A DNA stretch of 34,234 nucleotides from Octopus bimaculoides (GCF_001194135.2 NC_068983.1:52082581-52116814); one strand, 5' to 3'; shown: positions 1 through 11,521, counted from the stretch's first letter. The notes: generated from the sequence alone by a model not told the origin. Translations and numbers: made by a program.

Positions 1-616
1 AGCGATCGTGATACCCACCACGAGGAAATGATCAAGTTCAGTAACAATCTATTAAGAAACAACTACCCCAAGAACATACTATCTACCCCAATTATGAAGA
101 AAAGAGAGGATGAAACCAATAAACTGTCTACAGTCTGTCTACCCTATGTGAAAGGCCTCTCCGAAAAGATACAAAATATATGCGGCCCATATGACATCAG
201 GGCAGTATTCAAGAGCAATACAACACTTCGTAAATATCTCCTTCGGGTAAAACCACCAACAGAAGAGAATATGACCAAAAAACTACGTGTTCTCCATCCC
301 ATGCAGCTGAGGTAGGTTATACAAAGGCGAAACATGTCGCCCCCTCAAAGTAAGGGTAGAAGAACATCGCAAAGCTGTGACACGAGGAGATATTGATAAA
401 TCGGGTATAGCTGATCATGTATGGAAAAATGGAAACCACCTCCCCCTGTGGGATGAAGTTAAAATAATAGACAGGGAACAACACTGGAAAATACGAAAAC
501 TAAAAGAAGCAGCACATATGCTAGGACACAACAACCTCCTAAGCAGACCGAGTGCAGATATGAATAGCATATGGGAACCGGTATTGAGGAAGGATAGAAA
601 AATAATAGATTTATAA
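1..616 (+). pseudogene. Penelope-like retroelement (Penelope/Poseidon-type) 3' ORF fragment: end of RT region plus C-terminal GIY-YIG endonuclease, disrupted
   Basis: Frame 1 reads ..LRNNYPKNIL..VCLPYVKGLSEKI..IRAVFKSNTTLRKYL. After a +1 frameshift in the A-run at ~277-282, frame 2 reads NYVFSIPCS*GRLYKGETCRPLKVRVEEHRKAV..SGIADHVW..VKIIDREQHWKIRKLKEA, matching the PLE GIY-YIG pattern (VYxIPCxCGxxYIGET..R..EH). In-frame TGA at 308-310; stop at 614-616. Confidence 0.85.
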
Positions 617-646
617 GCCTTAAAATTCACCCCCATAATTGCCCAC

Positions 647-720
647 GGGCATATGGCTTAGTGGTTAAGAGCGCGGGCTACTAACCCCAAGGTTCCGAGT
701 TCGATTCACGGCAGCGACCT
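647..720 (+). other. tRNA-like (tRNA-Ser-derived) head with Pol III A/B boxes; not a functional tRNA
   Basis: A box TGGCTTAGTGG at 654-664; B box-like AGTTCGATTCA at 698-708; anticodon arm GGG-CTACTAA-CCC; T-arm CCGAG/CACGG. The acceptor stem does not pair. Runs into the N gap. Confidence 0.65.
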
Positions 721-1092
721 NNNNNNNNNNNNNNNNNNNNNNNNNNNNNNNNNNNNNNNNNNNNNNNNNNNNNNNNNNNNNNNNNNNNNNNNNNNNNNNN
801 NNNNNNNNNNNNNNNNNNNNNNNNNNNNNNNNNNNNNNNNNNNNNNNNNNNNNNNNNNNNNNNNNNNNNNNNNNNNNNNNNNNNNNNNNNNNNNNNNNNN
901 NNNNNNNNNNNNNNNNNNNNNNNNNNNNNNNNNNNNNNNNNNNNNNNNNNNNNNNNNNNNNNNNNNNNNNNNNNNNNNNNNNNNNNNNNNNNNNNNNNNN
1001 NNNNNNNNNNNNNNNNNNNNNNNNNNNNNNNNNNNNNNNNNNNNNNNNNNNNNNNNNNNNNNNNNNNNNNNNNNNNNNNNNNNNNNNNNNNN
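721..1092. other. Assembly gap (N run)
   Basis: Run of N. Other gaps lie at 12391-12834, 14507-14571 and 16942-17086. Confidence 0.99.
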
Positions 1093-1128
1093 GAAGGCTG
1101 GAGGATATATCAGCCGAAACGTTGTGTT
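1093..1128 (+). ncRNA. 3' half of a minimal type I hammerhead ribozyme (5' core lost in gap)
   Basis: GA-A, stem II GGCTG/CAGCC, GAAAC, GTT (palindromic AACGTT stem III, GUU cleavage triplet), then GTGTT as the 3' strand of stem I. The CUGAN part would lie in the gap. Confidence 0.65.
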
Positions 1129-1318
1129 AACAACAAAAAAGATGAGGACAAATATCCGTCAAATGTAAATAATGTAAATAAATCCTCATCTCTTAAATAT
1201 AGAACTGTATAGGCATATATATTTTCTACGTTTGCGTAGTCAAATACATTGGTTTATAGCTGGTTCAGCTGTCAGATGTAATGTACTAGGAGCTGGCAAT
1301 ACTTGTCATGTGTTTAAA

Positions 1319-1534
1319 GGCGGTGATCTGGCAGAAACGTTAGCACGGCGTGCGAAATGCTTAGCGCTGTTTCGTCTCTTTACGTTCTGAATTCAAATTC
1401 CGCCGAGGTCGACTCTGCCTTTCATCTGTTCGGAATCGATAAGGTAAGTATCAGTTGCGTACTGAGGTCGATCTATTCGACTGGCCCACTCCCCAAAACA
1501 TTCGGGCCTTGTGCCTAGAGTAGAAAAGAATATT
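1319..1534 (+). mobile_element. tRNA-derived SINE with conserved central domain (GAGGTCGAC..GCCTTTCATC family)
   Basis: Degenerate tRNA head (GGCGGTGATCTGGCAGAA..GAATTCAAATTCC) followed by GAGGTCGACTCTGCCTTTCATC..GTCGAT. Homologous to the copies at 5756-6676. Confidence 0.8.
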
Positions 1535-1601
1535 TTCCATGGGTTTAAATGCTTGCCCAAATTCACACGCTCTTCTTTTAGAAATCCCGAAGAAGCTGTA
1601 A

Positions 1602-1952
1602 TACGAGAGTGAGTCAAAGAGTAAAGCCATTTTGTTTAGGACAGGTATAATTTCACACACAGGAACATGTATCATACATCAAAATGAAGCTGGTTCTCTG
1701 TGGATCCCATCTCTACTTCTTAACATAGACACCGTGTCTCTCAATAGCAACGTTCTACCTTCGAATGTATCCCTGCCCCGTAACATTCTGTTGACTGTTC
1801 TTTGAGCCACTTCTTCACTACAGTTTTCAGTTTCTCGTCACTGGAATAACTTAGTGCCTTCAGAGTATCATCTCTTCGGCCCCATGAAAGAGTTTGAGAG
1901 GCAAACATTATTTCAGTGACGAGGAAGTGAAGACTGTAGTGAAGAAGTGGCT
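1602..1952 (-). mobile_element. Mariner (Tc1/mariner) transposon 3' end, with an inverted mariner segment
   Basis: Minus strand reads YSSDEKLKTVVKKWLKEQSTE..; terminal TA+CGAGAGTGAGTCAAA at 1602-1618. Plus strand ~1860-1952 reads YHLFGPMKE..RGKHYFSDEEVKTVVKKWL, the mariner SDYHLF region. Confidence 0.8.
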
Positions 1953-2188
1953 TCCTCTCTTTCTCTCTCTCTCGCTCTCTCGGCCGCTTTGGGTAGATCA
2001 CATCAGTCATGGGCGTGTATGTACGGGGAGTGTACTAAGGGAAACCTGACTTCTGGTATGTTCGTATCGAAGCAATCCCCAGGAATATAAACGCACACAC
2101 ACACACATATACAGACCGAAAGACAGACATTTCCTCACACATGCGTACAAATACTTTCGATTTACAGCTCTCTCTCTCGCTCGTACCT

Positions 2189-2232
<44 letters not shown>

Positions 2233-3169
2233 TGCCTCTACTCTTGGGCAGAACAGGCAAGTACATATAAAGTCAATCATACAGTCATATACACTCACAT
2301 ACACAAACGCAAAATATCTTTTTCACGTGCGTCTGCACTTTTCTATATACCTGATTCAGTACATCCAACGAAAAATACTTGATGAAATATTTAATATTAT
2401 ACGAGATGCAACAGAGTTGGACTAAAATAGGAAACTTGCTTTCAATCCAGCAATAATATATGTTTGCAGAGATCGTTATAGTTACAATACTGAGAGATAC
2501 ATAAAAACATACTCTGACAGATAGTAATTAGATAATTTTAGCTTTAATAGAATTTGTACAGTTTCGAAACAAAAACAATTATAACTAAGGAAAAGAAGTG
2601 AAAATGAAAGGAAATTAACATGCAAAATGGAAGAAAAAAAATATGTCAAAACTTTTGTCGATTAAAAATACTAGAAAGATAAGGGAGATCGAATGGAAAG
2701 AATTGGTAAAGAAAATGTTTGAAGAAAATTTTAATGTAAGTATGTACGTAGTAAAAAGTAGAGAGAAGTAATAACCGAAACTGTTAGAAAGAAGAGTTAC
2801 AAAGGATATGTTTTTCATATTTCTTTTCTTTTGTAAGAACGGCATCATGGGAAGATGAGTTGAAATCGAAAGTATGCGAGGAACGGAGATGTAGAAGAAA
2901 TAAAAGGCAGAGAGAATGAAATATATAAAGAGTGGGGTGAAAGAGGAGAAGAAAAGCGAAGTAAATATAGAAGGGTATAAGAAAGGAAGCTATAAAGAAA
3001 ATTAATAAATCAAGTTACGGTTCGAGCAAGGGGAAAAGAAAAACTTGAGTGAAGTCGATAAAACGAAAAGCGAACGTAGTTTAAATTAAAAATGAAAATG
3101 CAAAGAAGAGTTGTTGTTTTTTTAAAGAGTAAAATGGATAAATGCCATGAGACAAACAAGATACATGGA

Positions 3170-3630
3170 AATACAGGCAGAGAGGGGCGAAGAAGAAGAA
3201 GAAGAAGAAGGAAGAAGAGCGGGGCAGGAGGGGAGCAGAAGGGAAAGGAGGAAGAAAAAGGAGAACAACAGGTGGAGAAGAAAAGGAAGAAAAGGAGAGG
3301 TGGAGAAGGAGGGGAGAAGAAGGAAAAGGAGGAACAGTGAGGAAGGGGATGAGGATGAGAAGAAGAAGTGGAAGAAGAAAGAGGAGGAAAGTGAAAAGAC
3401 GAGGACAGGAGGTCGAGACGGCAGGGAAGAACAATGATGAAGAAGAGGAGGATGATAATGGTGATGACGCTGATGATGATGACGATGATGCTGACTTTGA
3501 TGACGACGATAATGATGACGATGAGGGTCACGATGACGCTGAGTGGATAATGATGATTATTGTGGGAGTGTCGGTGATGATGATAAGGATTATGATGATG
3601 ATAATAATCGTGGTCGTGGTGGTGGTGATG
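3170..3630. repeat. Low-complexity purine-rich (GAA/GGA) then (GAT)n-type trinucleotide tract
   Basis: Visible degenerate trinucleotide repeats; they explain the E/K/R-rich and D-rich pseudo-ORFs. Confidence 0.9.
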
Positions 3631-4130
3631 GGCATATTAAGAAATCTGTGCGAAAACGGAAGGCGTAATGTTGTGGGAAAATGTGAAACAAGAGTCAAGA
3701 TAGGAAAAGATTAATAAAATAATAAAATATAACTTCAACGCGAATAGAAAAGAAAGTTGTTTCCACATGAAAAAAATTCGACACTTGAAAAGGGAAACGC
3801 TGAAACCTATAACACAGTAAACAAATATAAACAAATATAATAGAGTAAACATTATATTTTCTTATTTCAATTTCTGTTTCGAAATTTATCTTATTTTGTT
3901 TCATATATTTTTATATACTGCTGTTTCTTTTTGCTTTCCTTTTCTGTTTTCTTTTTCATTCATTTTTTTTGTTTCTCTTTTGTAGATATAATGTTCCAAA
4001 ACCGACTTAGGACGAGGTTAAACTTCAGTTGATGAGAGAAAGTTAGAAATCAATCAACAACCAGCAAAATATGAGCAGCCTAATCCTCAAATAAATATTT
4101 CTTATTAACGTTTAGTATAATCATACAAAC

Positions 4131-4410
4131 GTGGAGGCGCAATAGCCCAGTGGTTAGGGCAGCGGACTTGCGGTCGGAGGATCGCGGTTTCGATTCCCAG
4201 ATCGGGCGTTGTGTGTGTTTATTGAGCGAAAACACCGAAAGCTCCATGAGGTTCCGGCAGGGCGTGGTGGCGACCCCTGTTGTACACTTTCGACCCAACT
4301 TTCTCTCACTGTTTCTTGAGTAACGCTGCGATGGACTGACGTCCCGTCCCGCGATAGAAACCGAGAAACCGGGCCCATTAGCCTGGCTAGGCTTTAAATG
4401 GGAGAAAAAA
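4131..4410 (+). mobile_element. tRNA-derived SINE (octopus OR-type-like), near full length
   Basis: GTGGAGGCGCAATAGCCCAGTGGTTAGGGCAGCGGAC..GGTTTCGATTCCC head; body shared with 23200-23505, 20058-20326 and 30790-31047; ends GCCTGGCTAGGCTTTAAA plus an A-rich tail. Confidence 0.85.
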
Positions 4411-4544
4411 AACCCATACAAACACACACACACACTCTCACACACACATGCACGCGCGCATACCGTTAACCAGACAGAAAAATAAAGAGAAAAATAGGTA
4501 TTTCTAATTTGGCAAAACACCAGCAATTTTAAATGTACAAGTTG

Positions 4545-4630
4545 ATTTCATCAACCCAGTGTGTATTTGGTACATATTTTATCAACTTCAAAGAGGAAGG
4601 CAAAAAGATACCCCGTTGGTAAGTCGACAC
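4545..4630 (-). mobile_element. Highly decayed fragment of the GAGGTCGAC-domain SINE family
   Basis: TCAACCCAGTGTGTATTTGGTACATATTTTATCAAC..GAAGGCAAA..AAGTCGAC resembles the minus copies at 6201-6300. Confidence 0.4.
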
Positions 4631-5755
4631 ACAACGTAAAATCCTAGAAGAAATTCCGTTAGTCAGGTTGTCCGTCGCAGTAACAATTAACAGAGACGCA
4701 AAGGATTCGAACATACAAACAGACTAGAAAAGGTTTCATATAATTATGAGACTCCCAATTGTTTTAGGTATTTCACGTTACTTTTATATACAAATTATCG
4801 AGTCCTCACCAGAATCTCAGGAAATATATTTAATAAAACAAATTCGTTGTAGAGTAATATATTTTGTGTGGCCAAATTTTAATGGTAAATATAAAATAGC
4901 AAATATAATCTGAAAATAATTGAAAACGGAAGAATCTTGAATTTTTGTCATTCTTCCCGTATAATATGGAATAATATGATATATTTCCTTAATCCTTAAT
5001 AGCGTACCTATGGCTAGGATCCTTATTATCTTTCCCATTGTTAATTCTCACCTGATGTTTCTCTTCTTTCTATTAAAACTCGATCTGAATCGTAATTAAA
5101 AATTGTTTCCCTCTTTTGCTTTTATTTTGCTATAAATGTTACTACCTCTTTTCTATCTGGCATTAACTGTTACACGAGAAATTAAACGTTATTTTGTTTT
5201 CGTTATTACTATTTTATATTAATGTTGGTATTTTTGCAAATCTTATCACAATAGATTCTTAATAAAGCTGAATTGTTACATTTAGCTCTCCATTCTCCTA
5301 TTATTTTATATATGGCTCAAACAACAACCACAAGTACATTGTTGACTTGTTGTCATAACTCTATTCTAAGAAATTCTTCCTCGCTTTGAACGACACTTCT
5401 CAAATGTCATTAAATGGTTAAAGTACAGTTTAATTGATGAATTGGATTTTACAGATTTTTTCGCTCCGAAAAATCTTTATCTATTTAACCAAATATCATG
5501 ATCAGGGTTTCATTGTCTCCATACATGAACTAACCAGGCAGAAAGTAGAATTGTATTGTAAATACTCATCGCAATGACAAATAAATAACTCAGCATAATT
5601 ACTGCAGAAACAATAGTTTCTGTTGATTTACTGGATTAACCAAAAGAAAAGTAGCGCTTATGGTTACAACAGTCCATCATAAATTTAATCAACGGGACAC
5701 AATTATAGTGTATGCTGCTGCTTTTAAATCATCATTATCATCTATGAATGTGCAT

Positions 5756-5950
5756 TGGATCAAGAAAATTGGTAGCGCGTTGGATGAAATGCTTAGCTAC
5801 GTCATGCGTTCTGCGTTCAAATTCCAGTGAGGTCGACTTTACCTTTTATCCTTTTGAGGCCGATGAATTAAGTAACAGTAAAGCACTGGGGTCGATGCAA
5901 TTAACCAGTTGCCTTCCTCCAAATTTCAGGACATATGCCTTTAGTAGAAA
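5756..5950 (+). mobile_element. tRNA-derived SINE, GAGGTCGAC-domain family, decayed
   Basis: GAAATGCTTAGC..TTCAAATTCC..GAGGTCGACTTTACCTTTTATCC..CACTGGGGTCGAT; colinear with 1319-1534. Confidence 0.7.
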
Positions 5951-6037
5951 GATTTATCTTGGTGTAATATTGGTTTCAAATTTGATCAAAAATCCCTCAA
6001 TTTCAGGGGAGGGGCCAAGTGGACCCCAGTCCTCAAC

Positions 6038-6172
6038 TAGTGCTTACTTTCTCGTTCTCCGAAAGGATGAAAGGTAAAGTTGTCCCCGGCAGCATTTGAA
6101 CCCGGAGCACAAAGAGAAACGAAATGCCGCAATTTTTTTGGCCAGTGCGCTAACGATTCTGTCAGGTTGCCC
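6038..6172 (-). mobile_element. SINE 5' fragment, same family
   Basis: GAAAGGATGAAAGGTAAAGT..ATTTGAAC..GCTAACGATTCTGTCAG is the reverse complement of the head and central domain. Confidence 0.65.
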
Positions 6173-6200
6173 AACTTAATATTTGTTTCACATTCGGAGG

Positions 6201-6377
6201 AGGGACTAAATCGATTAAATCGACTCCATCGCTCAACTGGTACTTATTTTATCGACCTCAAAAGGATGAAAAGCAAAAGTTGACCTCGGCGGTATTTTGA
6301 AACTGGAACGTAAAGGCGGACGAAATACCGCTAAGCACTTAACCCGGCGTGCCAACAATTCTTCCAGATCATTCCCT
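6201..6377 (-). mobile_element. SINE, same family
   Basis: ATCGACTCC..CTGGTACTTATTTTATCGACC..GACCTCGGCGG..GAAATACCGCTAAGCA. Confidence 0.8.
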
Positions 6378-6479
6378 CCATAATATTTGTAATAATCAAG
6401 TAATTGGTTCATATAAACCTGTTGTACTCTTCCTCTCCTATTGCATGACTTGCTGCTAAGTAAAAATATAAAAACATTA

Positions 6480-6676
6480 TTTTCTACTCTAAGCACAAGA
6501 CTCGAAATTTTGGGGGAATGGGCTAGTGTATTAGATCGACTCCAGTATGCAATTGGGTCTTAATTTATTGACTTGAAAGAATGGAAGTCAAAGTCGACCT
6601 CAGCGGAAATTGAACTCAGAACGTAAAGGTAGACGAAATACTACTAAGCCTTTCGTCTGGTTTGCTAACGATACTG
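6480..6676 (-). mobile_element. SINE, same family
   Basis: GATCGACTCCAGT..AAAGTCGACCTCAGCGGAAATTGAACTCAGAACGTAAAG..GCTAACGATACTG. Confidence 0.75.
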
Positions 6677-6854
6677 TTTATCCAACTATCATACTGTTTC
6701 TAAGTTATTTTATTCGTGAACTATGCCTCTCCTATTTTGTCTTTTATCTTTCTCTCTGCATAGGTGGCATGTGGCAGCCAACGTTACCATCAATGGAAAC
6801 AATGATTATGTTTATCCAACTATCATACTGTTTCTAAGTTATTTTATTCGTGAA
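6675..6854 (+). repeat. Exact 46-bp direct repeat (6675-6720 and 6809-6854) flanking 88 bp
   Basis: TGTTTATCCAACTATCATACTGTTTCTAAGTTATTTTATTCGTGAA occurs twice, identically. Confidence 0.95.
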
Positions 6855-9800
6855 GCCCCACATACTTACTGCCATGTTGTGCCTGTGATTGCATTTGGTA
6901 TTCGATATTTTTAGGCCTCCATAGGCAGTGTCTTGTTTGGTTTCGTAATAGTTTCTACTGATCCTGCATTATGGCTTTCCTTCATATTATATGATGCGTT
7001 GATGATAGGATCTTTTAGCCGGAATCTTGCTTTGACCATTGATTATAAGCCACCATCTACCGCCATCTTTACCTTCAGTCAAATATTTTCAAGTTATTCA
7101 TGTATCTTTACTTGGTTCATGTTTGAATTCTGTATGTATTTAGAGTACTTTCTGTGTTTTATATTGTCTCATCAGAATTTCTGCTATTGAAGCTGGCCCT
7201 GCTGTTGAGCTTCACTGAGTTTGACGTAAGCGATAGAGTACAGAATGCTTTACACATCGAATGAGGTCTTCTGCTCTAATCAGATTAATTTCATGTTACT
7301 AGAAAAGTCGTCTACCGTTCGAGAAGTCAACAAGTTACTGGATTAACGAGCTAGATAAGCGAAGAAGTTGGCGGGGCTGATAGCCAGTAACTAGTGAAGT
7401 GTAACATCTACTACCGCAGAATCGCTAGAGAAATAAAGATAGGAAACAATAGAAAGGAAGGAAAGATTAAGGAAGGAAATTAAAAGCGTGATTACAAGAA
7501 GTCATGCAACCGACTGCTTGGCAAAAGTGTTTTACAATAGTAACTTCTGCAGGGAACCCGAAGGTTTCATTTTCAGAGCGTGTCGATAGTATGGTTGAGT
7601 GCATACAGAACTGTGAGATTTGCTACAGAACTATCCACGACAACCTCTATTTTATGAGGTACAACTTTGTGATGGTGGTTAATATATCTGGGTTGGGTAG
7701 GGTTTTGGTGTGCTTGCATCACTACAAAGCTATTAAGAAAATCAACTTGCATCATCTCCATAGAAAGATTAATTGATGATGTACGTGATCGTTTCAAACA
7801 TGCACTTGTTCGTCATGAGGGACGCTGTTTAAATTCTATATATGCTTCTGTTCTAGAGCTATTACTGTGGAATTTCCTCGCATTGAGGAATATCCTGCTT
7901 GGACTGTGTCATGGGAAGTCGTGTCGGTATGCACGAATAATTTCACGACAATTTTGTCAGATAATACAGAAATCAATGGATTTTCACCACACTGGTGAAA
8001 TACCAATGACGTTGGCAACGTGAGGAGTTCTTAAACAGGTAATCAGATGGCAATCTAGCACCAGAGTTATAGCTGTTGATGCAAACTAAATATGAGTAGA
8101 AATAATTCACAATCTACATCAATTATAAATATTTACGCCAGGTAGTTATAAGAATTCCTTCAATTTTATGCATTCTGGAATATCCCGATGCTTACATAAA
8201 TTTATATTTTAGTATAAGCTTCAAAATATTTTCTGCCTAAATAAATGTCACTTTGAATATTTCTTTAGATGCAGATCGGAATGAAAAAAAAAATGAAATG
8301 GAATTAAAGTTTAAGATATGTTTAAAACTATTCTTTGAAAATTGTGCAAAATATTTTATAGATTTATAGTTCCTGATGTTTTACAATTTATTAAAGAGAA
8401 AGTCAAAAACGTAACAAAATAATATATTGCAGCATGAAGATAATAAAATGGAGCCAAATTAGGTTTCTTAAAGACAGGAAGCTACACGGTATATGCCATA
8501 TGTCATATCGGAAAGATGAGGGATATTAAAATGTTAATATAGGTTTACATTAAGTTGTAAAGTCATATCAAGCCGACAATTTGGCATCATTATTGCATTG
8601 AGCATAAAAGGCAAATAATAATGTTCAGAAACATTTCTTGTTCCTGGAAATGAATAAAGAAAAGAAATGATTGTTCAATTGTTAAACTAAATATATTGAT
8701 TATTTTTTTTTACGTAATTCCAGAAAATTTTAGATTAGAAACGTTACTACATAATTTAATGTCTTATATTATATATGAGTGTATACGTATCTCTGAGTGC
8801 ATCTATATATGTGTATATAACTGCATTATACATATATATGTATAAATATTGCGTATATATGTATATGTAGGTAAATTTACTTATATCTGCAATATCTATG
8901 GGTCTGTGTGTATGTATGTAAGTATGAATGTATGCATCACACACATTCATATAATATGTGTGTACAAAGACGAACGAATATACGTGTGTCTTTGTATGAT
9001 ATTCTATGAATCAATATACTTTGTTACGCATTAATTTCTTTCTCGTTTTAAGTAATTTAAATAGAACCATGCTATGATTTGGCAAGCGATAAATGCCGCC
9101 CACTGATATATATTTGATCTACCTTATTTACTTTCCTTTTATCTATTGTATTTCAAGCAAATGGATTATACGTTCAAATAACGTTATACCTCTGAGTCCT
9201 AACCCATAGAGATCGTATGCAAAAGGTGATATACATAATCAGAGAGAAAATATAAGCAATTGAGGAAACGTATGCACATACAGACGCATATGTGTTGCAC
9301 ATATACATATATATATACAGGTATATAAGTATAACTGTATATGCACTTGCATACAATCATAACCACACATGCATACAACGTACAGACACACACATATATA
9401 CACCCACACACACCAAAGTTATGAATTCTGTATTTGTTTCAGTAAGCCATTTCAGAAGTGACAATGTTAAGTCAGAAACTCAAAATAAATTTAACAGATG
9501 AATACTTTTTATATACATAGATACATAGAGAGATAGAAAGACAGGCAGACAGACAGACTGACGACCAGACAAACAGACAGACAGGCAGATAGATAGATAT
9601 TGCCGTATGCGCCTGTATATGGCCGTGGGCACGTATACGCTGAAATGATCTCAACTCTCAGATGAATGAGTACGGTGACATTGTTTACGTCATACACTTT
9701 TGTGTTGTATCTGTCTTACGCTTTTAATTTTTGTTTCCTATTTTGATAATAATACCATGCAAGGAATATATTTCTTTTCCTCTGTTTTTTTATTATTTTT

Positions 9801-10650
9801 TTTTATTTTACTCTCTGCCTGGGTTTGATATCTGCTTTTACGGTTTTAACATTAAATTCATGAATTAATACAGAACGTACTTATGACTATTTTCCAACCA
9901 CACACATCCAGAATCAGTAGAAGAATGGTGATGATCATCGTTACCAGTTTTGTATGCGTGTGTGTGCGTGTATAAAGATATCATTAAAACAATAGGTGTA
10001 CACCCACTTATACATATATATATACAACAAAGCCTAATGGCGTGAAGTTTTTTAAAAATCCTTTAGGGACAAACTGATTTCAAAATGAATTCCAGTTTGA
10101 TCGGAATCTACACGATCTCAAGCATATTAGTAGAAAATTTCATTAAGAAATATTTAATTTTCTTGGGGTTATGAAGAGGCAAATGTTTGGGGCACAATTG
10201 TGTAAACTTGCTGAAATATATATTTATATATAACGCTGTAAAAATGTATGTATGTGCGTGTGTATGTATTTATATGTTTCTATATGCATATATACATGTA
10301 TAAGTTTCAGAAGATATTAGAATTATGGAATAAAGGTCAGTCATAATAAGAGATCTCCCCAAAATCTATTTCCTTAATGTTTTCTGGCACACATATTTAT
10401 ACAATTTTGATTTTGAAGTATTTAAAAGTTATTTGGATATTATTAAGAAAAACGAATGGTAGATTCGGACTGTCCGTATTTTAAAACCACGAATTATATA
10501 TATAAAAAAATGGGTTGTGGTAAGAATTAATTTTTTTTTCCATAATCGTATCAATTCCATTATGCAAAAGACAGAATCGAAAAAAGTAAAAATTCGTAAA
10601 AATAAAAAAGGTATGAGGGGTTTTAGCACTTGCTTACATCATAACTCCGC

Positions 10651-11109
10651 CGAGTTTTGCTTCCACTAGCGAAATATATACGTTTCTTTCAGAAAACTCC
10701 ATACTAATTTAGCATTATGCGGCATTCGCTGTATTTTATGCGCGGGCTATGCTGGAAGATAGAATAAAGGGGATTTTGTTAGCAAATAATAGAATCGATA
10801 ATCACTTGGTACACTAAAACCCATTTTCCTTTTCCAGATAATACAAGCATGTCATCTAAAAAGAGAGCATGCATTGACAGATAGTCTCCCGCAGCGGCAA
10901 GGCAGCAGCGCTGGGAGGCTAAGGAAACTGAGGACCAGAGATCCTGTAGAAGGTTGAAAAGAGCTGCCACTGTTAGAGCTGCTATTACTCCAGAGCAGCG
11001 TGAAACATAGCCTGCGCATAAACTAACAGCGAATGCCGCATAAAGCTAAATTGGTATGGAGCTTTCTGAAAGATACCTATAGCTTTCGCTAGTGGAAGCA
11101 AATAGCTCG
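10651..11109. mobile_element. MITE-like non-autonomous element with ~100-bp terminal inverted repeats
   Basis: 10651-10751 (..TTTGCTTCCACTAGCGAAA..GCGGCATTCGCTGT..GGCTATG) is the reverse complement of 11006-11109, with about 10 differences by eye. The non-coding interior is ~255 bp. No clear TSD. Confidence 0.8.
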
Positions 11110-11473
11110 CTTTGCTGTTGGATATATTAAACTCGCAGACCAGAAGTTTCAACGTCTTCCTTCAATTTCCTTACACCACTTATGTGACTGTTTCTGACAA
11201 GAAATTTTGCTTTCATGTAAAAAAAAAACAACTATATTTTGTAGTCATTATCCGAAATCTACTCCCAAAACACTTCAGTAGCTCTGCTTTGCATCGCTTG
11301 CAAACTTATGATCATTAAAGTGCAACGACATCCACAATAACCAACCTTGAATTTGATTTTCCGTTCCTAGGTTAATCGGAAACATAGATTGCCGTGCTCC
11401 TCGTAAAGTTTCTCGGTAGTTCAATTATTTGGTCAAATAAAAGCCACCAAATCAAACGACGGGTGAGTGTGCT

Positions 11474-11476
<3 letters not shown>

Positions 11477-11519
<43 letters not shown>
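11477..11519. repeat. (CA)n microsatellite
   Basis: Perfect dinucleotide run abutting the left end of the maT element. Confidence 0.95.

Positions 11520-11521
<2 letters not shown>

Noticed and set aside
308-310. In-frame TGA at a conserved Cys (CxC) of the PLE endonuclease as selenocysteine, as known for some Naiad PLEs
   Set aside because: One substitution from TGT/TGC explains it; the copy also has a frameshift ~30 bp upstream; the domain order is RT-EN, not the Naiad EN-RT; no SECIS was identified. Revisit only if most genomic copies share the TGA.
3010-3714. Multiple 80-170 aa ORFs on both strands
   Set aside because: Translations of GAA/GGA/GAT low-complexity repeats.
4131-4210. SINE heads as genuine tRNA genes (also 647, 14690, 20058, 23200, 30980)
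   Set aside because: Acceptor and anticodon stems are broken, and most continue into a SINE body.
6675-6854. Repeat-spacer-repeat as a CRISPR-like array
   Set aside because: Only two repeats, an 88-bp spacer, eukaryotic context and no cas genes.
7136-7180. Minus-strand CTGATGA..GAAA-GTAC-TC with palindromic AGTACT
   Set aside because: Neither stem I nor stem II can pair; at best an unrecoverable relic.
7500-8040. Coding-looking stretch, possibly a very old Tc1-like relic
   Set aside because: No diagnostic motif could be recovered in any frame by eye.
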